A stretch of DNA of 64,000 nt from Phoronis australis (GCA_002633005.1 NMRA01000193.1:4641-68640); one strand, 5' to 3'; shown: positions 25,201 through 38,606, counted from the stretch's first letter. A program made the numbers and translations. The notes: a model not told the origin generated them from the letters alone.

Positions 25201-28200
25201 TAATAATTATTGCTCAATGATTTTAATTTTATGCCACTCCTTTTAGTGTACAGTTGTGCAGCAGTAATCAACACAAAGTGAAGTAAAATGTGAGCAGTGA
25301 GCATGGTGATCACAACCTTTATATCTGAGTTCATCATCTCGATTATGGATCAAGTTACACCAGTTAAGGTTGTAAAAGTATGCCTTTTGAGTTCAACTGC
25401 TGACTGAGATGAGCCGGTTGACCTCATCATTGATTGGCCAATCAAGAACCAGATGTCACACCAACTTAAATGCTCATAGAGTCTAGGTTTGAGATTAGTA
25501 AAACTAGAGGGGTGACAACCAAACCCTTTCCACTGGAGTCATAACACCTACAGTACATACTAAAAGTACAGCAGCCAAAATCTCCCAGAATTCTCTGTCA
25601 TGATGGCTGGGGAGAAGCTGAATTCATCATCAGAATAGCTGTCCCTAATGACCAGAAATGCAGAGAGGTTAACACGAAAGTTAGAAAGGTGGCTAAACCA
25701 TTCTGTAATGCCACTAGAATAGTCAGTATCTGTAATTTTTGCTGTAAGTTTAATTAGCTGTGATGACGGGGAAGCGGTATTTTGTCTGTTTACTTGTGTC
25801 CTGTACTGCATCATGGACTGGAACCCTTAACACAGGACCAGAATCCTTAACTCTCTCCAGGAAACTAGTACCACACACCACACAAGGTCATACCACGCAT
25901 AAAAAAAATCCCCATGCACAATTTTTAGTGCATGGTCACAGTTCAGCTCCTGTGGAAAGAACTCTGTACGTGCTTAGAATGAATTCTAGTGGTAAGTGTA
26001 CTGTGGAGGGTGGTGAGTTTAAGCTCCTGTGATAAGTGTTCTGCAGCCTACCCCCGAGCATAATTAGAAAATATAGGAAATATTATATGTCCACTTCACC
26101 TTGCCAGTGTCCACCACATACTTTATGTTAGGTATAGTCAATGAGGTTTCAGCCACGTTGGTCGCAACCACACACAGCCTGGTGCCCTCTGGTGGGGGTT
26201 CAAAAACCTATTGAAAAGGTGTTATCAAAGTAAAACTTACCATATGGCAATTACTAATTATGATTTCAGATTTTGACCACGAGAAAAGTTCAAAATCTGT
26301 AACTAAAAATATACCTATAAGTGTTCTTTAAATACAATCATGCAGAACATGAAAGTTGAGATGCTTAAAACAAAGTCACAAATTCCTGGAATTTTGTTGC
26401 TTAAGCAGATCTTTTAATGCTGAAAGACACAAAATGAAAGATACTTCTTAAGCAAATACTAACAAATGAAAGTGAACATGTGTCATCCAATGAAATTTTG
26501 TAACCAATAGATAATATTCTCATTGCACTATTTCCCACCTTTGCCTGTTTGTCAGATGCTAAGAGCGAGTACAACGGTAGAACATAGAGTGGGAGTCGTG
26601 AATCAGATGACCTGGTAGCAGATGAGTCATCCTATAACAAGAACAAACTACATGACAAAAAGACTTAAGTACAGTTCACTAGCTTATTAATTTTACGTAA
26701 GACCTTAATGACATGGGTGCATATTTAGCGAAATATCTACAAAATTAATTGATTTTTACTCTATAAATAAGTACATACTTTCAAAAATTAGAAAGCCTGT
26801 AGAAATTTGATTTTTTTTACTTTTTTACCATCCTGCCATTTATTGGGTCATATGACCATGTCTTTTTATTAAAATTTAGCAAAAAAGAAAGGTACATAGA
26901 ACAATGGGACCAACAACAAGACTAAATTTCATTTGGCATTAATGCTCAAGATGAAATCTCAGAAATGCTGTACAGTTTTCTAAAATATTTTGTTTTCGTT
27001 TCATGCATCTTTTCATGAAAATTTTAAAAGTTCTATTTTTGATAGCCCCTCATGCAATAATGGAACATTTGAAAACAATTCTTAAAAGCATTTTGGAGAA
27101 CACTTGATAAATAACAGTATCTGAAAGTTTCATATGCATCCATTAAGGCACTTCTGTGATATAATGTTCCTAAGTTAGCCAAAATAAACATTTTTCTAGG
27201 GTCCTATTTATCCTAAATAATTACAGTCAGTAGTCTCAATTCTTTCTAAAATGAAAAGGTCCTATATCAAAGCTGTGGGGAGATTAAACTGAATAATCAG
27301 CCTCACTTAGGTTAACTTTGTTTTTCCCCAGATGGAAGATTTCTGCATTACAAAGAGAACATGTATCAATGCTCAAAAGTACGAAAGAATCGCAAAATAT
27401 AAGGCCTTTAAGTAAACAAAAGACTTAGAAATAGACCAACACAGTGTTACTTTATCAAGACTTATATTGATGTAAAATCTAGGTGAACAACATTCTAGAC
27501 TGTTGGACAAATAACTAGCTCCCAATTAAAAAATCATAAACCACACAGACATAAAATCTGGAGGCGGCATGATTTCAACAATACCAGATCCTCCTCCTCT
27601 TCGCCCTCACTCCCCTCTAACACGTCACCATCACCATCAGATTGGTTGATGAGGTCATTCATTTCAGCCTCTTCATCATACGGGGCAGACGAATAGCTGC
27701 AAAAGAAAAGATTTATGAAAAAAAACAAATCATTAAATTTCAATCAGTACCACATTGACTTTAAAATGATCATAGGAAAGTCCCAAGTACTATGCATAAA
27801 GCAGACGTCAAATTTGATTGGGGTCTGTTGCATGAAAAGTGACTCAAGGCAGAAATCAGGGCTGAGTTGCATAAAGCTTCAAAAGTTATCCGTATGGATA
27901 AGATAGATTGTTGCATGACGTCAGGTGCATTGTTCAACAATAACAACGTGGCGCGTGATAATGCGACGTCATTGTTGCTATACGGCGTATAACTTTTATG
28001 CAACTGGGCCCTGGTCTTATGCTCAAACTCCCCAATTGCTGAAAATGGTTTAGCCATGTATTTATGAGTGCATCACAGTTTAGAAATAATTTATACAAAT
28101 TATCTCAGTTACTAGCTGTTATGTGTATATTCTCAGAGACTTTGCAATTTTGCTCAAATGAGATTTAATTACTTTTCTGAATTAGTTGTGGAGACCCCAA

Positions 28201-31200
28201 GACTAAATTTCTGAGTTGTTTTAAGTTACTTTTCACAAAACATACCCCTGATGTGGTAGCCAAAGACAAGGTTCACTGACACTATCACGCTCAAGTGTGT
28301 ACTGTGAAATTTGAGCCTGCCACAATAGAATTGTGCCATAGTTGCAAAGATGTACTCACACTGCCTATCAATACTTTAAGTACTCAATGACAGCTGAAAA
28401 TTTAGACTTATTTGACTTTCAGTAACACTCACCACCATTCAATTTTGTATCTCCCATAAAGATGCCCGAGTACAAAAAAGAATACGTGCCTAGTACCCGA
28501 CGTGCCAAATGCCAAAAAATAAGCAAACTATAAAATTCCTTTTTGGCGTACCTATCGAGATCTACTTTTGGAAGTTTTGAAAACTGCCCCTGTTGACTGC
28601 CTTCATCATCAGAATCTGAAAAAAAAATTTGAAATGAAACATGAAGCAGACTGAGACGCTAAAGAGAGATTCTGACTGACAACTGGAATGCAGTGAAATA
28701 AAGACATAGCTCATGAAAACTTGTTCATATTGTCCATGTCAAAGACTAAACGCCAGCTTGACACTAATGCGAAAGTCAGACTATGGTGGCAGATCTAAGG
28801 ATTTTTATTAGTTGATCAACAACACCATAACATCACAACATCAATGTTCAAAACAAACAAAGACCAGAACTAACTAATGCTTTTTTCAAGTTCATGTGAA
28901 CTGAAAGTGGAGCAGACAATATCAAATACAGTACAAGACAAAAAGTAAACAGACAAAATACTTTTTCCCACCATGATGGTTACTTTTCCTAACAGCAAAA
29001 ATGACTATTATGGCGGTAAAATTCTAATTGCAGTACAGTTTATCCACTTAACAAACTGTTCATTCTCCTTCATTCTCAGTCATGAGGGAAGACTACTTTG
29101 ATGATTAATTCGGTTTCTACCCTACGTCGTGATGGGGAATTCTGGTTCATTTTGTCTGACTACTTTTGGCTTGTTCTGTACAAGTTAAAGTTTGAATCCT
29201 GACAATGGAATAGAGTATTTACAGTAAGCATTACCTTTAACTTTTGACAGCACAGATGGAAAGGTCCGTCGCAGTTTCTTGCATAGTGTGTGCACCTCCT
29301 GTTGACCCGTTACAAAGATAAGGATGCCACCTTCTGGCAACATGCGGTGGATTTTACATATCTGCAACAAGATATGAGCTGTCTGTTATTAAATAAAGTG
29401 CACCCATTTATTTTTGGAAATATCAGATGAAAGTTCACCACAAACAAACAACTTGGAAACAAAATATTTTACAAATCATAATTTCACCTGAGTAGCAATA
29501 TGAAATCTATCGTCACGTGTGAGTAAGAGAAAGTTTGTGGCTGAATTTATGGGAGAGTTTGTCATCGCACATTGTAAGCGTGGTCTGCTGCTGGTGTTAC
29601 ATAAACTAAGACTCAGGAATTCTTTTGTAAATGTTAAAAGTGAAAGCAACCATTTTTGATATTACCTTTAATGAAAACAAATATCCCTGGTTATCGTTTA
29701 GAGACATTGTTCTGTGTTAATTACTGTTCTCTTGGCGAGTATGTACTGTTTAAGGAAGAATAGAAAGTGATGTCAGCAGCCCAACAAAGGACCAGGATCT
29801 TGGTTCTTCATTTCACTTCAAATTAACTGTTGACTTAAGATCTGATTTTCATTTCTGAGTTATGAATGAGCTGATTCTCCCAAAATAGGTCAATGATCAA
29901 CACATTGTTGCAAAAGATAACGAATTGAAAATATCAAGTAGCACCATCTGAAGACAATTTTCCAATACATGTGATATGTAATCAAAAAATGAGAGAGTGG
30001 TGTGTTTTAATTTATCCAGCTGTTCATTTACTGGATGTAAATAAGACAAAGTAGCCATGGATATATTATTAACAAGACAATACGACAAAGTTTCAGAGCA
30101 AACAATTTAGTCAAGAGCATTTTTTAAAAAAATCAACAGTCAATAGCTCTGATACTATAAGAACAAACTTAAGTTCCTCTTTTCATGAGTTGAACTGACT
30201 GAGAACAGCATGTGGTTCACCTACATTTGTGCCATAACAGTCTTGTGCATCCTGAATCATGACCTTTGTTTCACCAGTGCTAAACAGAGAACTTTTTCAT
30301 CTATTTTCTTCACCTTCACTGTACAATTTTTGCCAAAATGTCAATGATACTAAAGCACTTTTGAAAGAGCTTGTGAAAATTACAAAAACCACACAAGACA
30401 CTACCTTCCTGAATGCTTCGCCAAGGTAATCCTCCAGAGGGGTGCGTTTGTTGAAATGTATTGTCACTGGAAACTGCCGAGAGTCAACCTAAACAAATAG
30501 GAATCAATGAATTCATATATATCATTCAAGTTCAGGTATGATCAAAGTCAAAATTTGCAATCCCAAGTGAAATGCACGGCCTTCATCAAGAAACATCACA
30601 GGGCCCCATGATCCACTGTTACTTCATGTTGAGTTGGCATGGCAATTACAGCGATAATTAAACATACATTCAAGACACTTAATTTGAAGTTGACCAACCT
30701 AGTGATCAGTGAATAGGGCTGTCAACCACAGCTTAATAATGTTTGACATTTTTTCAAGCAGCAAAAGAAGCATAGCAAATAAACTTCTCTTAAGGCTGAA
30801 AGCATTTAACACAATGTATCTATTGATATAAGAAGACCGTACATCCACACTACCTTAATCACTGGAGGAGATGTCTTAAATAGTCGTGTGTTTTCAGTAA
30901 AATCTTCAACTCTAAGTGTGGCCGACATGATCACTAGCTTGAGGGGATTTCCTTTCTGCAAGAGTAATGGGTGTCATATTAACATGTGAACCTAAACATG
31001 GATGACGTAATTCTTCACCTATTGAGCACACTGTATGTCATGCAAGTAAAATTGCACCATGTTTTTCAACAACAAAAAAAAACAATCAAAGAAATCAGCT
31101 TCATTCTTAGCATGAGTTTTCTTGAGCAGCATTTATAGAACAACACTTTGTAGAATTTAGGTTAATTTAAGCAGGATAATCAGCCTTTAAAAATAGAAAA

Positions 31201-34200
31201 ATGACAAATTTTGTCAACATTATTGAAAACAGCCGATTCACAAGAATTTACAGGCTGTCGCAATCACTTTTGTGTTCCAACAAAAATTCTTTCTCGCATA
31301 ACATCAGCAACTTGAACAGAAATCATTCTGGCCTCTAGCTTTTTCTAAAACAAACTTCAAACTGCCCAAATGCATATTAAGGAACCAAGTTGCTAGAACA
31401 TAATTCTGTCAATTCCATGTCAGCAAAAACAGATTACCAAATTAAATGTGGCAAGCTCTATTCGCATATCATATGACATAAAAACTGTCAGCCACAGACA
31501 TGACAACCACTTCATACAATTACTCATGTTACTTAATATTTGAATGGCAGACAAACCTCAACACAAGCACATTTGGGCAGTCACATTTTACAAGTGATAA
31601 GATACATAAGATGTCTCTGCACATTATATAAATGTTTATGTTTCCTATATAATCAGTGTCTATTAGTTAATTTATCAAACTCAAGAGGTCACCTTATTAC
31701 GGAGGGGTACAATCCTCGACAACAGCCCAAGCAGAATGTCGGTGAAAACACTGCGTTCATGAGCCTCATCAATAATCACAACGCTGTAGGATAATAAGAG
31801 AAAGTCCTGAAAGAAGAAGACAGGATAAGTACATGATTGTATTCACTATAAAGCTGTATGACCCACTGATAAAACATGTTCTTCTCAATCAAACGATCGT
31901 GGGCTCAAATCCCATTTGATCACACTGCTAAACCGTGTCTATAGCTCCTCAGTTTGGTTTTAAAAGTCTTCACGCATATGAGTGCTACTCTAACTGCAAC
32001 TATTAACAATTTATAGTGTAATGAGTATGTAATAAGAATAACACTGTAAAATGGAATATAACAAGTACACATGTACACAATAGTATCAGACCGCCTGCAA
32101 TTATTTTTAGTATAACCTCAAGAATAAACAAGAATAAAAAAAGTCATAAGATTTATAATAAAAATAATTGGAGGTGGTCTGGTACACGTTGTACCAGACG
32201 TGCGAAGGGCACGCAAGTGGGCCCATTACACTGATCATCTGGAACCATTTTTGTGCTTTATTAATATATAGCCAAAACCAAGCTGGGGAGCTAGAAACTT
32301 GGCTCAAGGGTCCAGAAGAGAGATATAACCCACGACCTCGAGTAAAGAAAGCAGTCACCTATCCCACCAGGCTACACTGCTTCCTCTAAAGAAGGTCTTT
32401 ACATCAGGAACACAATCACGAATTTTCACAATGATCCTTTGAGTGGTTTGGCAGATAGAGAGGCAGGAAAAAATACAAGCACCAAGTGGTGCAGAAAACA
32501 TCAAATATGTCTGAAAATGGTAAGGCATTGAGGTCTCCTTAATAGAAACCTATTAGCAGAATTTCATGAAAAGAGACATAAACTCCGAAGATACAGAGGC
32601 AAACATAAAAAATATTTTGCCACTAGGGGGCAGTGGTATTCGGATCAGTTCGACACTCATTATCCTTTGCCATTGACTCCATAGGAACACATCTTTCAAA
32701 TTTCACAAAGTTTTGTCGAAGGGTTATGGGGATTTGGCAGCAGACGCAAAAAGAAACGCAATCGCCACTAGGGGGTGAAAGAGAGTCAGATCCATCCGAA
32801 AATCAACGTCAGTTATTGCCTTCTAATCAGGACCATATCAGATCTGTAAATTTTCATAATGATCCTTTGAGTGATTTGGCAGATAGAGGCGTAGGCCAGA
32901 AAACAGATGCAAAAATAACAACAATTGCCACACGGTGGGGTAAAATAACTTAAATCTGTCTCAAAAATGGAATAACATCGTTGACTCCATAATAAAAGCC
33001 TATTTGCCAAATTTTATGAAAATCTGTCAAGAAACTCAGAAGATACATAGGCAAACGTAAAAAACTAAAATTGTTACGAGGGAGCACAGCGGTAGTCAGA
33101 ACAATTTCAATAAGATCCATTAAGGAGTTTAAGAGATACAGCAGCAGATGCCAGACGCCGGATGCCCAGACAAAGATGACAACAATATGCACTCACATAT
33201 GAATATGTGGACGCATTAAAAAATGCATGGAAAAGGGAGCAATGCCAGCTAGATAACAATGATTAAGCAGACTGCTTTTTGTCGTTAACCACGGATAATC
33301 ATGATACCTTTTCTATTTCCTTGAGTAACACACCATCCGTCATGAACTTTATTTTTGTATCATCTGAGACATTGCCTTCATACCTGATTTGGTAAGACAC
33401 TTCTCTGAAATGAAATGAGGCATAAATCATTAAACCCAACTATGACGGTAACACTCCTCTGAAAGGATATACAAACGACTTCCAGATCAACAAGTGCTGC
33501 AGTAAAACAGAAGTTACCGCTGAGTACTATCCGGAAATTAATCTTACAGGAGGTAAGAACTATTGCTTCTCACAGAAAACTGAACTAAATAATAATAAGC
33601 TTGATTACCTTGATGATAAACTCATCTCCGTAGCAACTCGCTTTGACATGCTTATTGCTGCAACTCGCCTGGGTTCCGTAACAGCTATCTTCTTTCCACT
33701 ACTAAAAATCACAATATCAAGTATCAAAGCTTTGCACATAAACTGAGGCGCCGACAAAGCAATACAACTGCAGAATCAAATTACCCAATGGTCGTAAAAA
33801 ATAGCCAAATTCTTAACTGACATACGCAACCTTAAAAAAGAACTATGCATTCAACCACTGCACATTCCACAATACAATCCTGTTACAGCATGGTCATGAA
33901 CCATCACCATAACATCAAGTTTAACCCGCCACACCAAGCTTCACACAAGTACTAGAGAACCCATAGAGTAGTAGTCCAACTGGATGGTCATGAATAGCCT
34001 TTATCATTTCAACTTCTACCTGGCATACCCAGCCTCATACAAGAACTGAGGCACTTGTGTAGTCTTCCCACTGCCCGTCTCACCGCACAGCACAACTACA
34101 GGGTGGTCGTGAATAGCCTCCATGATCTGTTGCTCTTCACCCAGGATGGGCAGTTTCAGCCGGGCTTCCTACAATCATGAGTCACAAGTGGTTTAAGTGT

Positions 34201-34807
34201 CGCAAGACAGGGTGTTAATTGTGTAATGTACTGACAGTAATAGCTAAAAAATAGCCAGCACAAAATGATCCCATAGGACATTGTAGTGAATGATGTGTAA
34301 CCTTTCATTGTAGCTGTACATCACGGTGATTATGATGAGCTAACATGTCCATTGAGGTACACGCTGAAAATGGCTAAGTAAGAACTGTAACTCTCTTTTC
34401 AAAAATGTTCAGTAATAAAATTATGCCAGTTGAATTAAAGGTCCAGGGTATTAAAATTGAAAAATTGAAAAGTCAGAAGGCGGGACTTAAGTCAAATATA
34501 ACACACAAAAGTGGATTTTTAAATGCTGTTTAATTTACATATGCATTCTAATTGTGTTCACAAACCTGAATGTCCCTTGTTCTTGTCACGGGCACATACA
34601 CAGCTTGCTTCCTGTCTTTCTCCACCAGTGTCGCCAACTCCTTAGACCGGTCATCTTCAGGCTTACCATTACCACTAGCAAGTTCTTTATCTATTCCCAT
34701 GGCGCCACTACATTCACCACTTCCACCAGGACTTTTATCAGTGTTCTCAGTCATGATCGCCATAGCAACATCTTCAGTATCTCGTGTATCATCGACATTG
34801 ACTTTGA

Positions 34808-34856
<49 letters not shown>

Positions 34857-37800
34857 TTCACTGCCACTCTCAGACTTATCACTACTACTGCTGCTTTCAT
34901 TATGTGTCATTGTGACATCACCTGATCTCTTTTTGTTTTTGCCTGCTATAGCGTTAACAGGGCCATCTTGGTCGGATGCTTTACTGGACAACTTTTCCAT
35001 TCTAAAACATGGTACATAAGAAGTGCCTTAGTGTGCAATAACGTATATGATAAGAAGCACTTTTGTCTTCCGACTTCCTGAAACATGGTACGATCCCTTC
35101 TGTTGTGAGTTGAGCTTGCTTGGCTAGTTATGGAATATCACTTTTCAAGCCACAACAACAACAGATGTCGCTGAATGGCTGCGGATTTCAGCAATGCAAG
35201 TCACCATGGAGCAGTGAAACCTTGTTGGCATTAGAATTACAAAATAATGTGAACTAATTTGGATGTAACATAGTGATAAGCATGACAGCAGTTAGACAGA
35301 TAATCTACAGATGCACAGCATTGTGGGTATTTCACAATGAGGCAGATGTTGAGGTATTTCAGAATGTAGCTAATATCACCATTCACTACACACTTCAAGT
35401 TGCAGGACCTGAATTTGGTGAATAAGGCAGTTAAAATTCAAATTATGCCCATTTTTGTATATCATACATGAAAATGAAACATTATTTCTAAAGCAGCATA
35501 TCCTAGAATTCTTGAGAAATAATAGCAGGAAATGTAACCAGTGTCCCCAGAAATATGTGAGATTCTGGTAATGAATAACCTCAACAAGTTTTGGAAGATG
35601 ATTCAAAACTCCTAAAATTGTATCTAGTTTTTTCAAAATCAATCAAAAAATGGCAGAAAACAAGGATTAACCAACTTTAATATAATTTTCAATCAACTTT
35701 GGAATGAGATGACACAGTAAATAATCGTTGAACAAGACCTACCTTTTCATTGTTCCACTCTGCATGGCAGCTGTTGATATCAACATGGGCATTTCAGCTT
35801 TTGATGCCTGTACGTCTGCAAGGGCAGCTAACAGGGAAGATCTCTGCAATCAGAAAAGATTGAGTTGTCCAGGCTTTCAAGCAAACACCCTATTTTCCTG
35901 TGCACGCATCGTTTGTGCACACATTAAGCAAACTTACGGTTCTTTGATTAGTCCTTTTTGACATTTCTGAGAAAAACATCAGACTTTTCTCAGATGGATA
36001 AATTCAGACAGGATGCTACAACTGAGGGATAGGTGCCTGAAATGAAGTGGGTGAAACTCTTAATTAACAGACATTCAAGAAAATTAAGCCAATTTATAAC
36101 ATCAAGCGAAAGCTTTTGACAGTGATTAACACAAGTCCCAGACCTTAAAAATCAATTCACTCTTAGTGACTGTTAACATGCCAAGGAACTACAAACAACC
36201 TTTAGTTTCTTTTCTTTCTTTTCTACAATTTTCTCCAGGTGTTTCCTTTGCTTTTTGGTCAACTTTTTGGCAACCTGTCTTTCATTGATTTTCTTGGTCT
36301 TTCGCTTTTTTGATGGCAACACAAGAGCGTTCGTCTCGTCGTATTTGTCGGTCTGTACTTCGTTTAAGTCAAGCTTGATCTGAAAACAGTAAAACAAACA
36401 AGTAGGAAGATATTTTCAACTAATTACCGTTAGTGGTTAATTACCTTATACTGCTTGTAATTGGAATCACAGTTACATGGAAATTTCTCCACAACACTGT
36501 TATTAACCATATTTCTCCCAACTATAGCAAGAGAAAATTATGTGACAATGTGGGAGGAATATTTGAGAGAATGGTTTAACAATTTTTTTCAGGTAAAAGA
36601 GAATTGTTAAAATGTAAACAAAATATATTACACTGTTTGGTATTGATCAAATGAAAACATTTATTTCAGCAAGTGTTACACATTTTAACAAAGATGACAT
36701 ACAACTAAGCAGGTTTTTATGGAGCGTATGTCCTGGGCGTCCAAATAGATGCCCTAGCACTAATCTGGACGCCCTGGCAAGGACGCCCAATGTATCATTT
36801 GGACGCCCACTGTCAATAGGAACCTTTCAAGTTTGGACTCACAAATTGTAATGAATACTAGGAAGACTCTGAAGGCTCACAGAGGGGGCTCTTTTTTCAA
36901 AGCAGGAAGAAATATACAATGTATATACAAAGTATATGCATTGTTGCTATTTTGACACTTGATTGATAGCATTGTAAAAGTCTTGGTCTACACATTTTTT
37001 TTAGTAAAAATGCTCATCATAGAAGGCTGTTTTATAAACTTAGATGTAAAAACCTTGATCTATGCATTTTTTGTAAAAAAATCTGTGTGTTTGGGGGTAT
37101 TGCTGGGGGTGGGGGGTTATGCGTCGGAATCATGGACGCCCTGGAATATTAGGAACCCCATTTTGGACACCCTATTTTCAAAATCCTGGATAAAGGCCTG
37201 GTGCATAGCGGGATGTCTTAGAGGGCCGTTGATGTCTTTAATTCCTTCCAACTAGAACAAATACTCCTGTAACCAAACTTTTTTTCGAACAGTCCTTCAT
37301 TCAGTAGCCCATATTGGTAACTGGCCATTTTTTACACTGCACGCGCCAGGTCACATGATGTAATATCTCCTGGCACAAGCAGTGTAAAAATGGCCAAAAT
37401 GGCCAGTTGCCAATTTGCACAATTGAAAGGGCTGCTCAAAAAAGTTTGCTTACGGGAGTATTTGTTTAAGTTGCAAGGAATCAACGACCTCCTAAGGTGT
37501 CTCTTTATGAGCAAAAGGTACTAATATGCAATGTGACTTTGATGAGTTAATCAGTGAGAGGCATAATTTGCCAAAAACCTTCCGGTGTATGAAGGCCCTA
37601 TGAGAGCATCACCGTCTCAACTTAGCACTAGAGACAAAGGAACTTCTACACCTAACCAGGCCTTTATCCAGGATTTTGAAAATAGGGTGTCCAAAATGGG
37701 GTTCCCAATATTCCAGGGCGTCCTTGACTCCGACGCGTAACCCCCCACCTCCAGCAATACCCCCAAACACACAAAAAAATGCATAGACCAAGGTTTTTAC

Positions 37801-38606
37801 ATCTAAGTTTATAAAACAGCCTTCTATGGTGAGCATTTTTACTACAAAAACTGTAGACTTTTACAATGCATATACTTTGTATATACATTGTATATTTCTT
37901 CTTGCTTTGAAAATAGAGCTCCCACTGTGAGCCTTCAGAGGCTTCCCAGTATTCACTACAATGTGTCAGTCCAAAGTTGAAAGGTTCCTATTGACAGTGG
38001 GCGTCCAAATGATACATTGGGCCTCCTTGCCAGGGTGTCCAGATTAGTGCTAGGGCGTCCAAATGGAAGTACGCTGCATAAAGGCCTGCACCTAACCCAG
38101 CATTTCCGGTTTGCAAATATTCCAACATATTCAGGGGCAAATCCAGGATTTTGAGTTGGGAGGAGGGCTAGGACACAGGACTAAACAGAATTTCGGCACA
38201 CGTGCGCACCAAGCCTAAAATGTAGGGATGCAGGAGTCTCAAATTTTGGGTTTGCGGACCTTATTAATAAAAAACACCNGACCTCAAACTGTGACACAAA
38301 TTAACATCCCCCCCAAGCCCCCCTGGATGCGTGCATATATGCTAGTCAGCAATTCGTACCTGAACTGCCAATGGTATCTGGGAGAATTTAAGGGGGGCAA
38401 TGCCCCCTACCCCCTAAATCTGCCACTGATATTCTAAGTTAATATAAATCATAAACAAAAAATAAGCACTGCACTCCAGGCAGTGGCAGTGGGACTTCAG
38501 TCTAGTTCAGATATGAGTTAATCACCTTTTTTTGCTCCGTCGTGTCCACGCGTGTTTCAACCTGCTGTCTGCTTTTCCAGTTGTGTGATCTCTTTAATTT
38601 ACCCAT
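13267..38606 (-). CDS. DHX37: DEAH-box ATP-dependent RNA helicase DHX37 (Dhr1/kurz), ~1173 aa; exons 38526-38606, 36200-36379, 35743-35843, 34566-35001, 34020-34168, 33609-33701, 33308-33404, 31693-31806, 30854-30955, 30405-30488, 29235-29361, 28552-28615, 27585-27696, 26539-26631, 26100-26207, 24902-25026, 24032-24128, 21726-21870, 20967-21151, 20534-20596, 18841-18997, 17843-18033, 16708-16960, 15366-15534, 14207-14304, 13267-13364
   Basis: N-terminus [15 protein letters not shown] and [10 protein letters not shown]. Helicase motifs [10 protein letters not shown] (I), TEPRRVAA (Ia), MTDGVLL (Ib), DEAH (II), MSATL (III), [10 protein letters not shown] (V), QRAGRAGR (VI). Also [10 protein letters not shown]2/OB-fold region and C-terminal WPP. 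All introns are GT-AG; total 3522 nt in frame. Confidence 0.95.
17555..17700 (+). repeat. Dispersed repeat (family E); other copies ~16465-16620, 24750-24855, 53300-53390
   Basis: Shared tgtagaacctggtctcaagc..atgaactgtcagtt..ggaacaatttga. Boundaries approximate. Confidence 0.6.
19109..19988. mobile_element. Composite non-autonomous element: inverted repeat, tRNA-like pol III promoter and 164-bp terminal hairpin
   Basis: tatttataccac (19109) / gtggtataaata (19810); palindrome gttatctcactagtgagataac (19167); minus-strand TGGTGTAGTGG...GGTTCGACCCC; hairpin 19819-19982. Confidence 0.65.
20399..20570 (-). repeat. 53-bp tandem repeat x3 spanning the donor of DHX37 exon 20
   Basis: gaattacttacacttccagccca.gttctgcgtatttg.tgagatttc at 20417, 20470, 20523. 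Confidence 0.9.
21925..23586 (-). mobile_element. Helentron-associated (HINE/DINE-1-like) non-autonomous element with internal ~410-440 bp tandem repeats
   Basis: Sub-terminal inverted repeat atgcgccca (~21949) / tgggcgcat (~23572); T-run start on the minus strand; ggacgg/cagacgg microsatellite near the 5' end; short 3' hairpin caac..gttg; about 3.5 internal units. Confidence 0.7.
26840..27200 (+). repeat. Dispersed DNA-transposon-like repeat (family F); second copy ~49266-49600, related fragment ~57380-57500
   Basis: attgggtca..tgac...aaatttcatttg..at.aatg.tcaag.tgaa.tctca.aaatgct...aagtttcat.tg...gatataatgttcc.aagtta.ccaaa. Confidence 0.65.
27820..28248. mobile_element. Harbinger-like MITE with a second MITE (27857-28013) nested in it
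   Basis: Outer TIR ggggtctgttgcatgaaaagtgact / agttacttttcacaaaacatacccc (left end also seen at ~13702). Inner TIR cagggctgagttgcataaa / tttatgcaactgggccctg. Confidence 0.6.
32163..32386 (-). mobile_element. tRNA-derived SINE (family B)
   Basis: Reverse-complement homolog of 54697-54936, including the GTCTGGTACA-acg-TGTACCAGAC hairpin. Confidence 0.75.
32410..33222 (-). mobile_element. Second, diverged and truncated HINE-like copy
   Basis: Shares aattttcacaatgatcctttgag.ggtttgg..gatagagg and gccactagggggc blocks and the end atatgtggacgcat with 21925-23586. Confidence 0.65.
34808..34856 (-). repeat. (GAT)~16 coding microsatellite encoding poly-Asp in DHX37 exon 4
   Basis: Pure cat repeat on +, in frame as D16. 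Confidence 0.95.
36710..37200 (+). mobile_element. hAT-type MITE (family G), copy 1
   Basis: CAGGtTTTTAT...ATAAAGGCCTG termini; reverse complement of 37657-38088; no intact TSD. Confidence 0.8.
37203..37520. mobile_element. Palindromic foldback MITE; one arm also present at ~39262-39375
   Basis: attccttccaactagaacaaatactcc..aaacttttt vs aaaaagtttgcttacgggagtatttgtttaagttgcaaggaat; ggccatttttacact vs agtgtaaaaatggcc. Confidence 0.7.
37657..38088 (-). mobile_element. hAT-type MITE (family G), copy 2, 8-bp TSD CACCTAAC
   Basis: 11-bp TIR CAGGCCTTTAT/ATAAAGGCCTG; cacctaac at 37649-37656 and 38089-38096. Confidence 0.85.
38132..38428 (-). mobile_element. Longer family A-related MITE, 5-bp TSD ATATT (DHX37 intron 1)
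   Basis: CAGGGGCAAATCC...AAATCTGCCACTG termini; atatt at 38127-38131 and 38429-38433. Confidence 0.7.

Noticed and set aside
34554-35019. Poly-Ile and poly-Ser ORFs on the + strand
   Set aside because: Antisense shadows of the DHX37 (GAT)n exon.
35002-35092. Alternative acceptor or microexon upstream of DHX37 exon 4 (duplicated gtaccatgttt.ag)
   Set aside because: Both the 17-nt microexon and the 76-nt extension break frame or hit a stop.
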